Shown: piece by piece, positions 25,925 to 33,643 of the stretch
How positions within the stretch are numbered: the first letter of the stretch is position 1
Layout: the number at the start of each line of letters is the position of its first letter
Assembly (NCBI GenBank): GCA_903844685.1
Contig: CAIMUM010000063.1
Coordinates: 1-62,201, forward strand
Length of the DNA: 62,201 nucleotides
Direction: 5' to 3'
DNA from: an uncultured Dehalococcoidia bacterium
GTDB lineage: Bacteria > Chloroflexota > Dehalococcoidia > GIF9 > UBA5629
Notes under the pieces: model-generated
Database searches by the model: none
What the model was told of the DNA's origin: nothing
What the model saw: the letters and a program-made list of their open reading frames with translations, nothing else
Translations under genes and position numbers: made by a program

Positions 25925-27501
25925 CTGGCCTGCTCCGTATCGTTGCTGTAATCAAGATGCATGAGGAGGTCGGTGCGGCCCCGCAACTCGCTGACCCTGC
26001 GCATACCGAACCTGCGCAGTATCTCTACCAGTTCGATACGCCAGGCGTTATAAAGGTTGATTATCCGTTGTGAGCCCCATTCGACCGTGTACTGCCCCTG
26101 CAGTTCCGCGTCCGTGGTAGCTATGCCGCGCGGGCAGCCCCGTCCGCTTTCACAGCGTGCGCAGCGCAGACATCCCAAAGCTACCAGTTCACCGGTCCCG
26201 ACAACTACGCCGTCCGCGCCGAGGGCGATGGCCTTGGCTATATCATGAGCATTCCTCAACCCGCCGCTGGCTATCAGTGTTATCCTGTCGCGCACACCTT
26301 CACGGGTCAAGAAATCGTGCACTTTGATAATGGCATATTCAATGGGCATAGCGATGTTTTTCTTGGCTATATCCGGTGCGGCGCCGGTGCCGCCGTAACC
26401 GCCGTCCAGGTGAACGATATGCGCTCCGGCTGAATAGCTGCCCACGGCAACCATATCAACATCCGACGGGGTCGAAACCTTGGCTGAGACCAGGGCATGC
26501 CGGTTGATATGCTTTATCCAGTCCATATGTTTCTTATGGTCTTCGATAGAATAAACGCTGTGAAAGGGGAAAGGTGAAAATAGCGAGATGCCGGTAACCG
26601 TTTCCCTCATCCTGGCCACGGATGGTGTGACCTTATCCGCCAGCAGGTGGCCTCCCAAACCCGGTTTGGCGCCCTGCGCGTATTTGAATTCCACGATCCG
26701 CACGCGCTGGATGGTCTCCTCCCGCACACCAAATAACCCCGTGGCAACCTGTGTGATAGTGTGGTCGTCGTAAGGCCTCAGACGCTCCATGTACCCACCT
26801 TCCCCTGTACAGGTAAAGGTGTTGAAGGCCACGGCAGCGCTTGCCTTGGACAGCTGCGTAACGTTGCTCACCGACCCGTACGACATGCCGCCTCCATACC
26901 AGGGCACATCGATTTTGATCTGCGGCCTCCCGTCGTTTCGACGGTTAAGCTCCAGGCTAGTGTCGATATCGTCCGGGCTCAATTCAACCGGCGGCCTGGC
27001 AGGAAATTTAAACCTGATACGGTCAAATCCTCCGCCGGAATTGCCGCATTCATATTCATACCCATACTCGGGCGGAGGAGGAGCGCCCGTCTCGGCCATC
27101 TTCCATGTAGCCAGTATCAGGTCAGGCGTCCAGCGGTAATCGCCCAGCACCTTCATCATGGGATTTTCCACCATGCGCAGCGCCTTATTCGGGCATAAAT
27201 CTACACAATAATGGCCGGTGTCCTTGCAGGCCGGGCCGATACACACATTCTGGTGAGGGGCAGCGAAGTATTTATAGCCCGGCTTGAGAACGTGCACACC
27301 CTGAGGGCATATCTCGGCGCATTTGCCGCATAGCTTGCAATCGGCGCTGCGCCTGATAATATATTTCGCGATCTCATTGCGGTAGCGCGGCGGGGCCGGT
27401 TTAATTACGCGTTGAACCTCCGCCTGCGGCACCATAGTCTCGAGTATACTATCCGGAAGACCTTCTTTAATTATTTTTTCTGGAACCAAAGAGCTTGCCA
27501 A
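25921..27501 (-). CDS. Glutamate synthase FMN/synthase-domain subunit with an N-terminal 2x[4Fe-4S] ferredoxin domain (archaeal split-GltB type)
   Basis: Ferredoxin motifs: CKLCGKCAEICP and CVDLCPNKA. Synthase motifs: KYAQGAKPGLGGHL, LDGGYGGTGAAP, ASGGLRN..GADGV, CLRCARCESGRGCP. The start is uncertain; TTG 27501 lies 6 nt after GAGGAGG, while the track start is TTG 27525. Confidence 0.8.
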   Translation of the reverse strand: MASSLVPEKIIKEGLPDSILETMVPQAEVQRVIKPAPPRYRNEIAKYIIRRSADCKLCGKCAEICPQGVHVLKPGYKYFAAPHQNVCIGPACKDTGHYCVDLCPNKALRMVENPMMKVLGDYRWTPDLILATWKMAETGAPPPPEYGYEYECGNSGGGFDRIRFKFPARPPVELSPDDIDTSLELNRRNDGRPQIKIDVPWYGGGMSYGSVSNVTQLSKASAAVAFNTFTCTGEGGYMERLRPYDDHTITQVATGLFGVREETIQRVRIVEFKYAQGAKPGLGGHLLADKVTPSVARMRETVTGISLFSPFPFHSVYSIEDHKKHMDWIKHINRHALVSAKVSTPSDVDMVAVGSYSAGAHIVHLDGGYGGTGAAPDIAKKNIAMPIEYAIIKVHDFLTREGVRDRITLIASGGLRNAHDIAKAIALGADGVVVGTGELVALGCLRCARCESGRGCPRGIATTDAELQGQYTVEWGSQRIINLYNAWRIELVEILRRFGMRRVSELRGRTDLLMHLDYSNDTEQAR

Positions 27502-28876
27502 AGGTCGCCTCCTCAAGGTCTTCAAAGAATAGGGCCCGGCCTACTTCACCACGCAGGCGGCGGACCTCGCGTATGCCCATGGCTCCCATGACCTCGATCA
27601 ACTGGTCGTGCCATGCAGCAATCAGATTTGTCATGCGCCCGACACCGTACTTGATATCTATCTCCCCGATCAGCGCCGGGCATGACTGGCCGTCATTACA
27701 ATCACGGCAAAGCGTGCACTCCAGGGCTATTAATAATGGCAGGTTGATAGTTACCAGGTCGGCGCCGCAGAGGATCTGCTTGGCCATATGCTCGGCCAGG
27801 GCTATGCCACCGCCTGCCATCAGAGTTACCTCGTTCCTTAACCCGCTTTCCACCAGCGAGTTATGCACACTGCGCACCATGTCCTTGATAAAACGGGGGT
27901 TTTTTTCTCCGATCTCGTTACCGTTATCATCGGCTACCAGGTGCAAAACCTCGACAAACGGTTGGCGGGCATATTCGACTGCGCGTTCAATCCCTCCGGA
28001 ATCCATTTCCACCCTGACCGCAACCACTATGCCGGGGTTTATTTGCTTCAGTTCACGTACGCGCCGTTCCGCGTTTCCGTCGTCGCTTATCTCTACCAAT
28101 CTCATCCCGGTAAGCAATTCACGGCCGGGCAGGGGTGCGGAGGCATCGAGATAAATCGCCAGGTTAGGCAGGTATTGATCAAGGTCATTGCCCGCTAACT
28201 GCCAGTCTTTAGAATCGATAATGGCGATGACGCCTGTCTGCGCCGCCACTATTTTAATAACAGGCAGCAGGTTGGGAAGCCGGTAGCCGCGGGGCAGCAT
28301 ATCGATAATCATGGGCATCGGTATATCCACCAGCGGCGGCAGACCGCCGGCCGGGTTGCCTGCATCGAAGTGGAGCAGGGCGGGTTTTCTGCCGATGTCC
28401 ACAGCCGTGCTGATATACTCGCGCCCATGTATCCCGTCACGGGTAGGGCGCACGATCTCCGACATATCGGTCCACATCGAATCGAAGCCCAGGCCGGAAA
28501 ATCGCCCCCGGTATCCCGCGCCAGAAACCGGTATCTTGGCTGATTCCGCCTGCGCCCAGGTCGTTTCAATTATCTGGGGTGTCCAATATGTATTGCCAAG
28601 CCGCTCATACACAGGGTTGGCCGACAGTGCCAGCAGCCCCTTGGTACATTGCTGCACGCAGGAGAAGCAGCCCATGCACTGGAAGAACACGGCATCCATC
28701 TCACGAAGCCCGCGGATGTACGACATCTCTTCCCTGTAGCGGTCGAAAACGCAGGCTTTCTTAACGCAGTTATGGCAGTTGGCGCAATCTTCGCGCCAGT
28801 CCACCACGCCGATTTTGCCGATACGCGGCCGGCGCGGGGGGATGGGTTGAGTTTTGATGTGATATTTATCCGGCAT
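27467..28876 (-). CDS. Degenerate paralogue of the GltS FMN-domain subunit, with an N-terminal Cys-rich ferredoxin-like region
   Basis: Cys-rich region: CANCHNCVKKAC and CMGCFSCVQQC. The C-terminal part, AGGGIALAEHMAKQILCGADLV..CTLCRDCNDGQSCP, parallels the neighbouring subunit. The QGAKPG.GG substrate/FMN loop is not recognisable. Confidence 0.65.
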   Translation of the reverse strand: MPDKYHIKTQPIPPRRPRIGKIGVVDWREDCANCHNCVKKACVFDRYREEMSYIRGLREMDAVFFQCMGCFSCVQQCTKGLLALSANPVYERLGNTYWTPQIIETTWAQAESAKIPVSGAGYRGRFSGLGFDSMWTDMSEIVRPTRDGIHGREYISTAVDIGRKPALLHFDAGNPAGGLPPLVDIPMPMIIDMLPRGYRLPNLLPVIKIVAAQTGVIAIIDSKDWQLAGNDLDQYLPNLAIYLDASAPLPGRELLTGMRLVEISDDGNAERRVRELKQINPGIVVAVRVEMDSGGIERAVEYARQPFVEVLHLVADDNGNEIGEKNPRFIKDMVRSVHNSLVESGLRNEVTLMAGGGIALAEHMAKQILCGADLVTINLPLLIALECTLCRDCNDGQSCPALIGEIDIKYGVGRMTNLIAAWHDQLIEVMGAMGIREVRRLRGEVGRALFFEDLEEATFGKLFGSRKNN

Positions 28877-28891
28877 AGGTATTTACCTTAT

Positions 28892-29794
28892 TCAAATCGC
28901 CGCTGAAATAAGCGCGGGTACAACAGTCTCGTTGCCTCCCGAAAATATGTGTATACCGCGCAGGCCCGGCAAACCCTTAAGCTGCTTGATTATCCCGGCG
29001 CAGATAGCCATGCCCTCCTTGAGCTGCGCCTCTTCATTTCCGGCAGATTCCAGGCGGGAGATCACCTCATCCGGTATATTGAAATCCGTGAAGGTTCCAT
29101 TCAATTTCTTCGCTTCAGCCGCTCCGGTCAGTGGCAACACGCCCGCCAGAATGGCAACTTTTTCGGTGAGGCCTTCGCCGCGGGCCGTCTCAAGCCACCG
29201 TTTGAATTCTTCAATATCAAATACGGCCTGCGTTTGAATGAAGGATGCCCCGGCCTTCACTTTCTTCTTAAGGCGGATAATATTAAGTTCCAGCGGCTTA
29301 AGGTAAGGATTGGCAGCAGCCCCCGCCAGCATAGAAAAAGCCCCCTCGATCTTAGTTCCGTCCAGCAGCAAACCCTCGTCGCACATTTTTTTTACCGTCG
29401 CGATGAGCTGGATTGAATCTATATCAAAGACGTTGGCGGATTCAGGGCAACCTACCAGTGCCTGATGATAGCCGGAAAGGCACAGCACGTTTTTTATACC
29501 CAGGGAGGCCGCTCCCAGCAGGTCGGACTGCAGTGCAATGCGGTTCCTGTCCCGCGTAACAACCTGGTAAACTGGTTCAATTCCGGCGCGGCCCAATATC
29601 ACCGATGCGGCAAGGCTGGACATGGCCACACCGTAATGGTTATCAGCCACATTCACCGCAACAGGGCCATTTTTAAATATACGGGCGCAGTCTTCAACTA
29701 TTTGCGTACCCGTGCCGGTCCGCGGCAGGTATTCCGCCGTGACAATAAACTCTTTACCGCCTATCTTATTGGCCAGTGCGCTATCAGGTTTCAT
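28892..29794 (-). CDS. metF: Methylenetetrahydrofolate reductase (acetogen-type MetF)
   Basis: 300 aa. Reads FIVTAEYLP..VNVADN..VYQVVTRDRNRIALQSDLLGAASLGIKNVLCLSGYH, with a typical MTHFR TIM barrel. Confidence 0.85.
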   Translation of the reverse strand: MKPDSALANKIGGKEFIVTAEYLPRTGTGTQIVEDCARIFKNGPVAVNVADNHYGVAMSSLAASVILGRAGIEPVYQVVTRDRNRIALQSDLLGAASLGIKNVLCLSGYHQALVGCPESANVFDIDSIQLIATVKKMCDEGLLLDGTKIEGAFSMLAGAAANPYLKPLELNIIRLKKKVKAGASFIQTQAVFDIEEFKRWLETARGEGLTEKVAILAGVLPLTGAAEAKKLNGTFTDFNIPDEVISRLESAGNEEAQLKEGMAICAGIIKQLKGLPGLRGIHIFSGGNETVVPALISAAI

Positions 29795-29831
29795 AATATT
29801 ATCCTTAATCTATAGCTATATTGCCTGTCTT

Positions 29832-30260
29832 TTACTCTTTATCCAGCTCTAATTCATCGCCCGCATATGCCTTGCGGGGTGAGGCTTTTATCCTCCTGCG
29901 GAAATCCTCCACCTCTTTCTTGATTTGATCGATGCCGCCATCACCCATCTGCATCATGACCATCCTCCCTTTACCCAATCCAATCTCTTCAAGCAGTGCG
30001 TCCACTGCTGACACCCTCTTCTCAGCCCGAAGGTTACCTTCCAGGAATTGGCATTCACCTTTTTTACAGGTAATCACCGCCACCCCATCCGCACCGCTTT
30101 CAAAGGCCTTGGTTAAGTAGAGGATGTCGATCTTGCCGGAACACGGCAGCGGTATAATCCTCAGTTCATCCCCGTTGCCGTTATTACCCGGCGCCAGCTC
30201 GAGCGGATCAAAGCTGGTTGAACAGCACAAGAGATTGATCTTAACTTTACTATTATTCAC
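29832..30260 (-). CDS. Second, divergent MvhD/FlpD-like protein
   Basis: Reads INLLCC....RIIPLPCSGKIDILYLTKAFESGADGVAVITCKKGECQF. It aligns with the 16839..17288 product, but the first Cys motif is CCSTS rather than CCIYC. Confidence 0.7.
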   Translation of the reverse strand: MNNSKVKINLLCCSTSFDPLELAPGNNGNGDELRIIPLPCSGKIDILYLTKAFESGADGVAVITCKKGECQFLEGNLRAEKRVSAVDALLEEIGLGKGRMVMMQMGDGGIDQIKKEVEDFRRRIKASPRKAYAGDELELDKE

Positions 30261-30282
30261 GTTTTCAGGGCTCCCGTGAAAT

Positions 30283-31296
30283 TTAAACCGTTTTTATTTT
30301 ATAAAGTTCCTCGAAGGGGACGAAATTTTTGTATTCAATCAAGGCGCTCATGGCGTGCGATTCCACTTCTATCCCGGCCTCCTGGACGGCGGCCAACGGG
30401 TTCAGGCCGCCGATTACTACCATGCCTGCCCGCCCCGGCTCAACCGGCATCTCGCAGACAGGCTCACTAACACCGCCGATAATAAAGATGCCGTTCATAC
30501 CGGCTTTATTAAGCTTCAAGGAGATATCCCCTGCCTTCGGACGGCAAATTGCCGGTATCTCGTGGAAATTTGCCAGCAGGCTGCCCTGGCCGTTTTTTAC
30601 AACCTGCCCAACCGAAGTCATTTTGGCCTTTATAAAGACCTCGGCCGGGTCAAGGGAGCATCCGGTGTAATGTATTAAATCCACAAATCTCCAGGGTTGG
30701 TGGCCCCACATCTGCAGCAACCCGCCAAACCTGGCATTCACAGGAACGCAGGCCCTCAGCAACGCACCGTTCACTACTATGCTGCATACCGTGACCAGTG
30801 CTGCGGTGTCCTCCGGGACCATAATATCGCCGATTTGTTCACCGCTGCGGGCCTCCATAACCAGGCGGCTTGCACATAGACGCGCCGAAAATACGGGCGC
30901 CATAATCTGCAGCGCCTTCTTGAAATCCCGCCTCCGTATAAACGATACATTCACCGGCACCAGCCCCGCCCGTTTATCAGCATCGAATGTGGTCAGGACC
31001 GCTAACTGCTCTATCCTTGTAATGGAGAAGCCCACTTTTTCCTTGACCATTCCCTGCTTGAGCTCCTTGAGTCCGAGTTGTGTGATCTGCCTGCCATCGC
31101 GCCGGCCTGCCAGGTGCGTCAACCCGTTATCATCGGTAACCTTCAGGTGATATCGCACCGCCCGCTGACCCAGGTCAACACCCAGATCACGAAGCTTGCG
31201 CGCAATCACTATCGAACCCAAAGGCTGCGGCGAGTTTGCCAGCACCTTGAGGATGCTAAAGGTCTTTTTCTCCACGTTCTGCGTAGTGAATGTCAT
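30283..31296 (-). CDS. nrpR: NrpR-family regulator (winged HTH plus two DUF128 domains), homologue of the archaeal nitrogen repressor
   Basis: Reads FSILKVLANSPQPLGSIVIARKLRDLGVDLGQRAVRYHLKVTDDNGLT, followed by two NrpR-type domains. I moved the start to ATG 31296 because a consensus promoter (31334-31362) lies inside the longer track ORF. Confidence 0.75.
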   Translation of the reverse strand: MTFTTQNVEKKTFSILKVLANSPQPLGSIVIARKLRDLGVDLGQRAVRYHLKVTDDNGLTHLAGRRDGRQITQLGLKELKQGMVKEKVGFSITRIEQLAVLTTFDADKRAGLVPVNVSFIRRRDFKKALQIMAPVFSARLCASRLVMEARSGEQIGDIMVPEDTAALVTVCSIVVNGALLRACVPVNARFGGLLQMWGHQPWRFVDLIHYTGCSLDPAEVFIKAKMTSVGQVVKNGQGSLLANFHEIPAICRPKAGDISLKLNKAGMNGIFIIGGVSEPVCEMPVEPGRAGMVVIGGLNPLAAVQEAGIEVESHAMSALIEYKNFVPFEELYKIKTV

Positions 31297-31333
31297 ATTA
31301 CTATTATAACGGCTTATGGAAGCCAGTTGCCGT

Positions 31334-31362
31334 ATTATAGCAACAGAATGAGGCGCTGTCAA
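31334..31362 (-). promoter_or_regulatory. Perfect consensus sigma70 promoter in front of nrpR and the operon
   Basis: Minus strand: TTGACA (31362..31357), a 17-nt spacer, then TATAAT (31339..31334). Confidence 0.7.
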
Positions 31363-31403
31363 AAAGAAGTTCCGGGAAATTGCCGTTACACAAGTAGAAA
31401 AGG

Positions 31404-31427
31404 AAACGGCCCTGTTAAGGGCCGTTT
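31404..31427 (-). terminator. Terminator of the RRM-protein gene
   Basis: Stem aaacggccc / gggccgttt with a 6-nt loop. T-rich tracts lie on both sides. Confidence 0.65.
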
Positions 31428-31457
31428 ATTTTGCTGGTTCCAATTTATCTTTACGGA

Positions 31458-31823
31458 TTAGTACCTTCTCGGGCCACCCCTACCACCACCACCGGAGCCA
31501 CCCCTGCCACCCGAGCCACCCCTGCCGCCACCGCCACCATATGAAGACCTGCCACCGCCACCACCACCAGGACCACCTTCACCCTTGGGCCGTGCGCCGT
31601 TGACAGTTATGGCGCGGTCCTTGATCTTTTTGCCATTGAGCCCGGTGATGGCCGCCTGGCCTTCCTGCAGCTTGGGCATTTCCACGAAGCCGAATCCCTT
31701 GGAGCGCCCACTGTAAGTATCCTTGATGAGGGATACGGACGAGACCTCGCCGAAGGCTTCAAACTCCGTTCTGATATCGCTTTCCGTCACTTCATATGAC
31801 AGGTTGCCTACATAAATATTCAT
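31458..31823 (-). CDS. RRM-type RNA-binding protein with a Gly/Arg-rich tail
   Basis: RNP-2 is IYVGNL, RNP-1 is KGFGFVEM, and the C-terminus reads GGGGGGRSSYGGGGGRGGSGGRGGSGGGGRGG. Confidence 0.9.
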   Translation of the reverse strand: MNIYVGNLSYEVTESDIRTEFEAFGEVSSVSLIKDTYSGRSKGFGFVEMPKLQEGQAAITGLNGKKIKDRAITVNGARPKGEGGPGGGGGGRSSYGGGGGRGGSGGRGGSGGGGRGGPRRY

Positions 31824-31903
31824 AATACTAAATTATTTCCTCCAAATATAAATTATGCGGCACACGCGGGCTCTTCGCCCGCGCATGCCTGATGTTTGAC
31901 GGT

Positions 31904-32206
31904 TTATCTCCTCGGTTTTATCGAGCTGTAGCAATCGCTGCAGTAAACCGGCTTGTCCTGCCTCGGCTCGAAAGGAACCTCGGTCTCTTTGCCGCACTGC
32001 CCGCACGTTGCGGGGTACATCTTGCGCTGGAAACCCGCGCCGGACCTTCCGCCGTCGCGCGATGATTTCCTGGCCTGCCTGCAATCCGGGCAGCGCTTGG
32101 GCTCGTTGGTGAACCCCTTCTGAGCGTAGAATTCCTGCTCAGTCGCGCTGAAAATAAACTCCTGGTTGCAATCGGCGCATGTCATTTTTTTGTCGGTGAA
32201 TCCCAT
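31904..32206 (-). CDS. CxxC-x17-CxxC zinc-ribbon protein
   Basis: Two CxxC...CxxC units: CADCNQEF..CPDC and CGQCGKET..CSDC. Confidence 0.7.
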   Translation of the reverse strand: MGFTDKKMTCADCNQEFIFSATEQEFYAQKGFTNEPKRCPDCRQARKSSRDGGRSGAGFQRKMYPATCGQCGKETEVPFEPRQDKPVYCSDCYSSIKPRR

Positions 32207-32458
32207 TGGATGACCTCCTGTATATAATATTATTTATGGCTTTTGGTTGGGTCATCCGGAACTTGTAAATATTAGGCGGGGTGAGGCGTTAATTAACTAA
32301 GTCAGCAATAACCTGAACACAAACCACTGCATATACTATACTGCAAAAAAATTACTAATGCAATACCGTAATGGCAAAGCTCCCTGAAAGACTGTTAAAT
32401 AATGATGCTTTAGCCGTCCCGTCAGCTATCTGCTATACTTCATCTTTCAAAAATTTAC

Positions 32459-33610
32459 ATGAACGGTATAAGTTTTTCCCAACGGTACACTATCCCCTGC
32501 CTGATAGGCTTCCTTCAGTCCACCTTCCTGTGGGCGATCTTAACCTATATCACCATCTACTGGATAGATATTGGCTTCAGCCATTTCCAGGTCGGCCTGC
32601 TGATATCCGTTTTCCCGCTGGTATCACTGATACTGATGATACCTTTCGGTGTCTTCGTCGACCGCATATCGCCCAAGAAATTGGTGATCGCCAGCCAGCT
32701 CATCTTCGCACTGAGCATCGTGGGTCTGCTGACCGCGCACGATTTCTGGTCCACCATGCTGATGCTGGGCATCGGCGGTACAGGCAATGCGCTTTTTAAT
32801 AACGCCCTGTCCGCGCTTTTCTATAAGACACTGGGGGATAAGATACGCGGGCTGAAGCTTGGTTTTTTCACGGCCGGAATATTAGTAGGCTATGGACTCG
32901 GTTCGTTGCTGGGCGGCTACCTGCTCTCAGCCTTCGACATGAACGCCATTTTCCTTTTTTCGCTGGCCGGTACGCTGCCCATGGTTATTTTGAGCCTGCT
33001 GCTGCCCGATGTCCCCGGCATCAGGGTGAAGATAAGCGATTACCGGGCAGACATCTCGAACAGGTCGGTGCTCATCTTCATTATACTGGTCTTCGCGTTT
33101 TCCCTGCATGCCGGGGCGGAACAGTCCAGCTTCAGCCTCTTTCTTAACAAGGAAATAAAGCTCGACAAGGAGTCGGTCGGCTGGATATTCTTTATCCATG
33201 CCAATGTTATGGCATTGCTATCCATAATCAGCGGATTTTATGCAGACCGGGTCAACTCCCGCGGAAGAGGCCTGGCCATACCATATTACGTAGGTATAGC
33301 TATCTCCGGGATCACCAATATACTGCTTATTTTCACCAACAACTTCGGGACGGTGCTGGCCACGCGACTAACCCATGCCGTAGGGGACAGCCTGACCCTG
33401 GTCACCCGCAGCCTGATAGTATCTAACCTGTTCATATCCACGCGCATGGGGGGCAACCTGGCGACCATACAGGTCACCATCACCCTGGGTACGCTATTCG
33501 GTTCCATCATCAGCGGCGCTGTGCCCGGATATGCTTCAGGCTTTTTCATTGCCGGCGCTGCTGCCGTGATCGCCGTCATCTACGCCCTAATTGCCAAACC
33601 TGAATTTTGA
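32459..33610 (+). CDS. MFS transporter
   Basis: 383 aa with about 12 hydrophobic helices and an MFS loop-like motif, GVFVDRISPKK. Confidence 0.7.
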   Translation: MNGISFSQRYTIPCLIGFLQSTFLWAILTYITIYWIDIGFSHFQVGLLISVFPLVSLILMIPFGVFVDRISPKKLVIASQLIFALSIVGLLTAHDFWSTMLMLGIGGTGNALFNNALSALFYKTLGDKIRGLKLGFFTAGILVGYGLGSLLGGYLLSAFDMNAIFLFSLAGTLPMVILSLLLPDVPGIRVKISDYRADISNRSVLIFIILVFAFSLHAGAEQSSFSLFLNKEIKLDKESVGWIFFIHANVMALLSIISGFYADRVNSRGRGLAIPYYVGIAISGITNILLIFTNNFGTVLATRLTHAVGDSLTLVTRSLIVSNLFISTRMGGNLATIQVTITLGTLFGSIISGAVPGYASGFFIAGAAAVIAVIYALIAKPEF

Positions 33611-33643
33611 GCGGGTTTAAGCTAAAAGGGTATAATTCCGTTA

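Noticed and set aside
31297-31362. Longer nrpR ORF starting at 31362 (MTAPHSVAIIRQLASISRYNSN...)
   Set aside because: A perfect TTGACA-17-TATAAT promoter occupies exactly this stretch, so the region is more plausibly untranslated. The start remains unverified.
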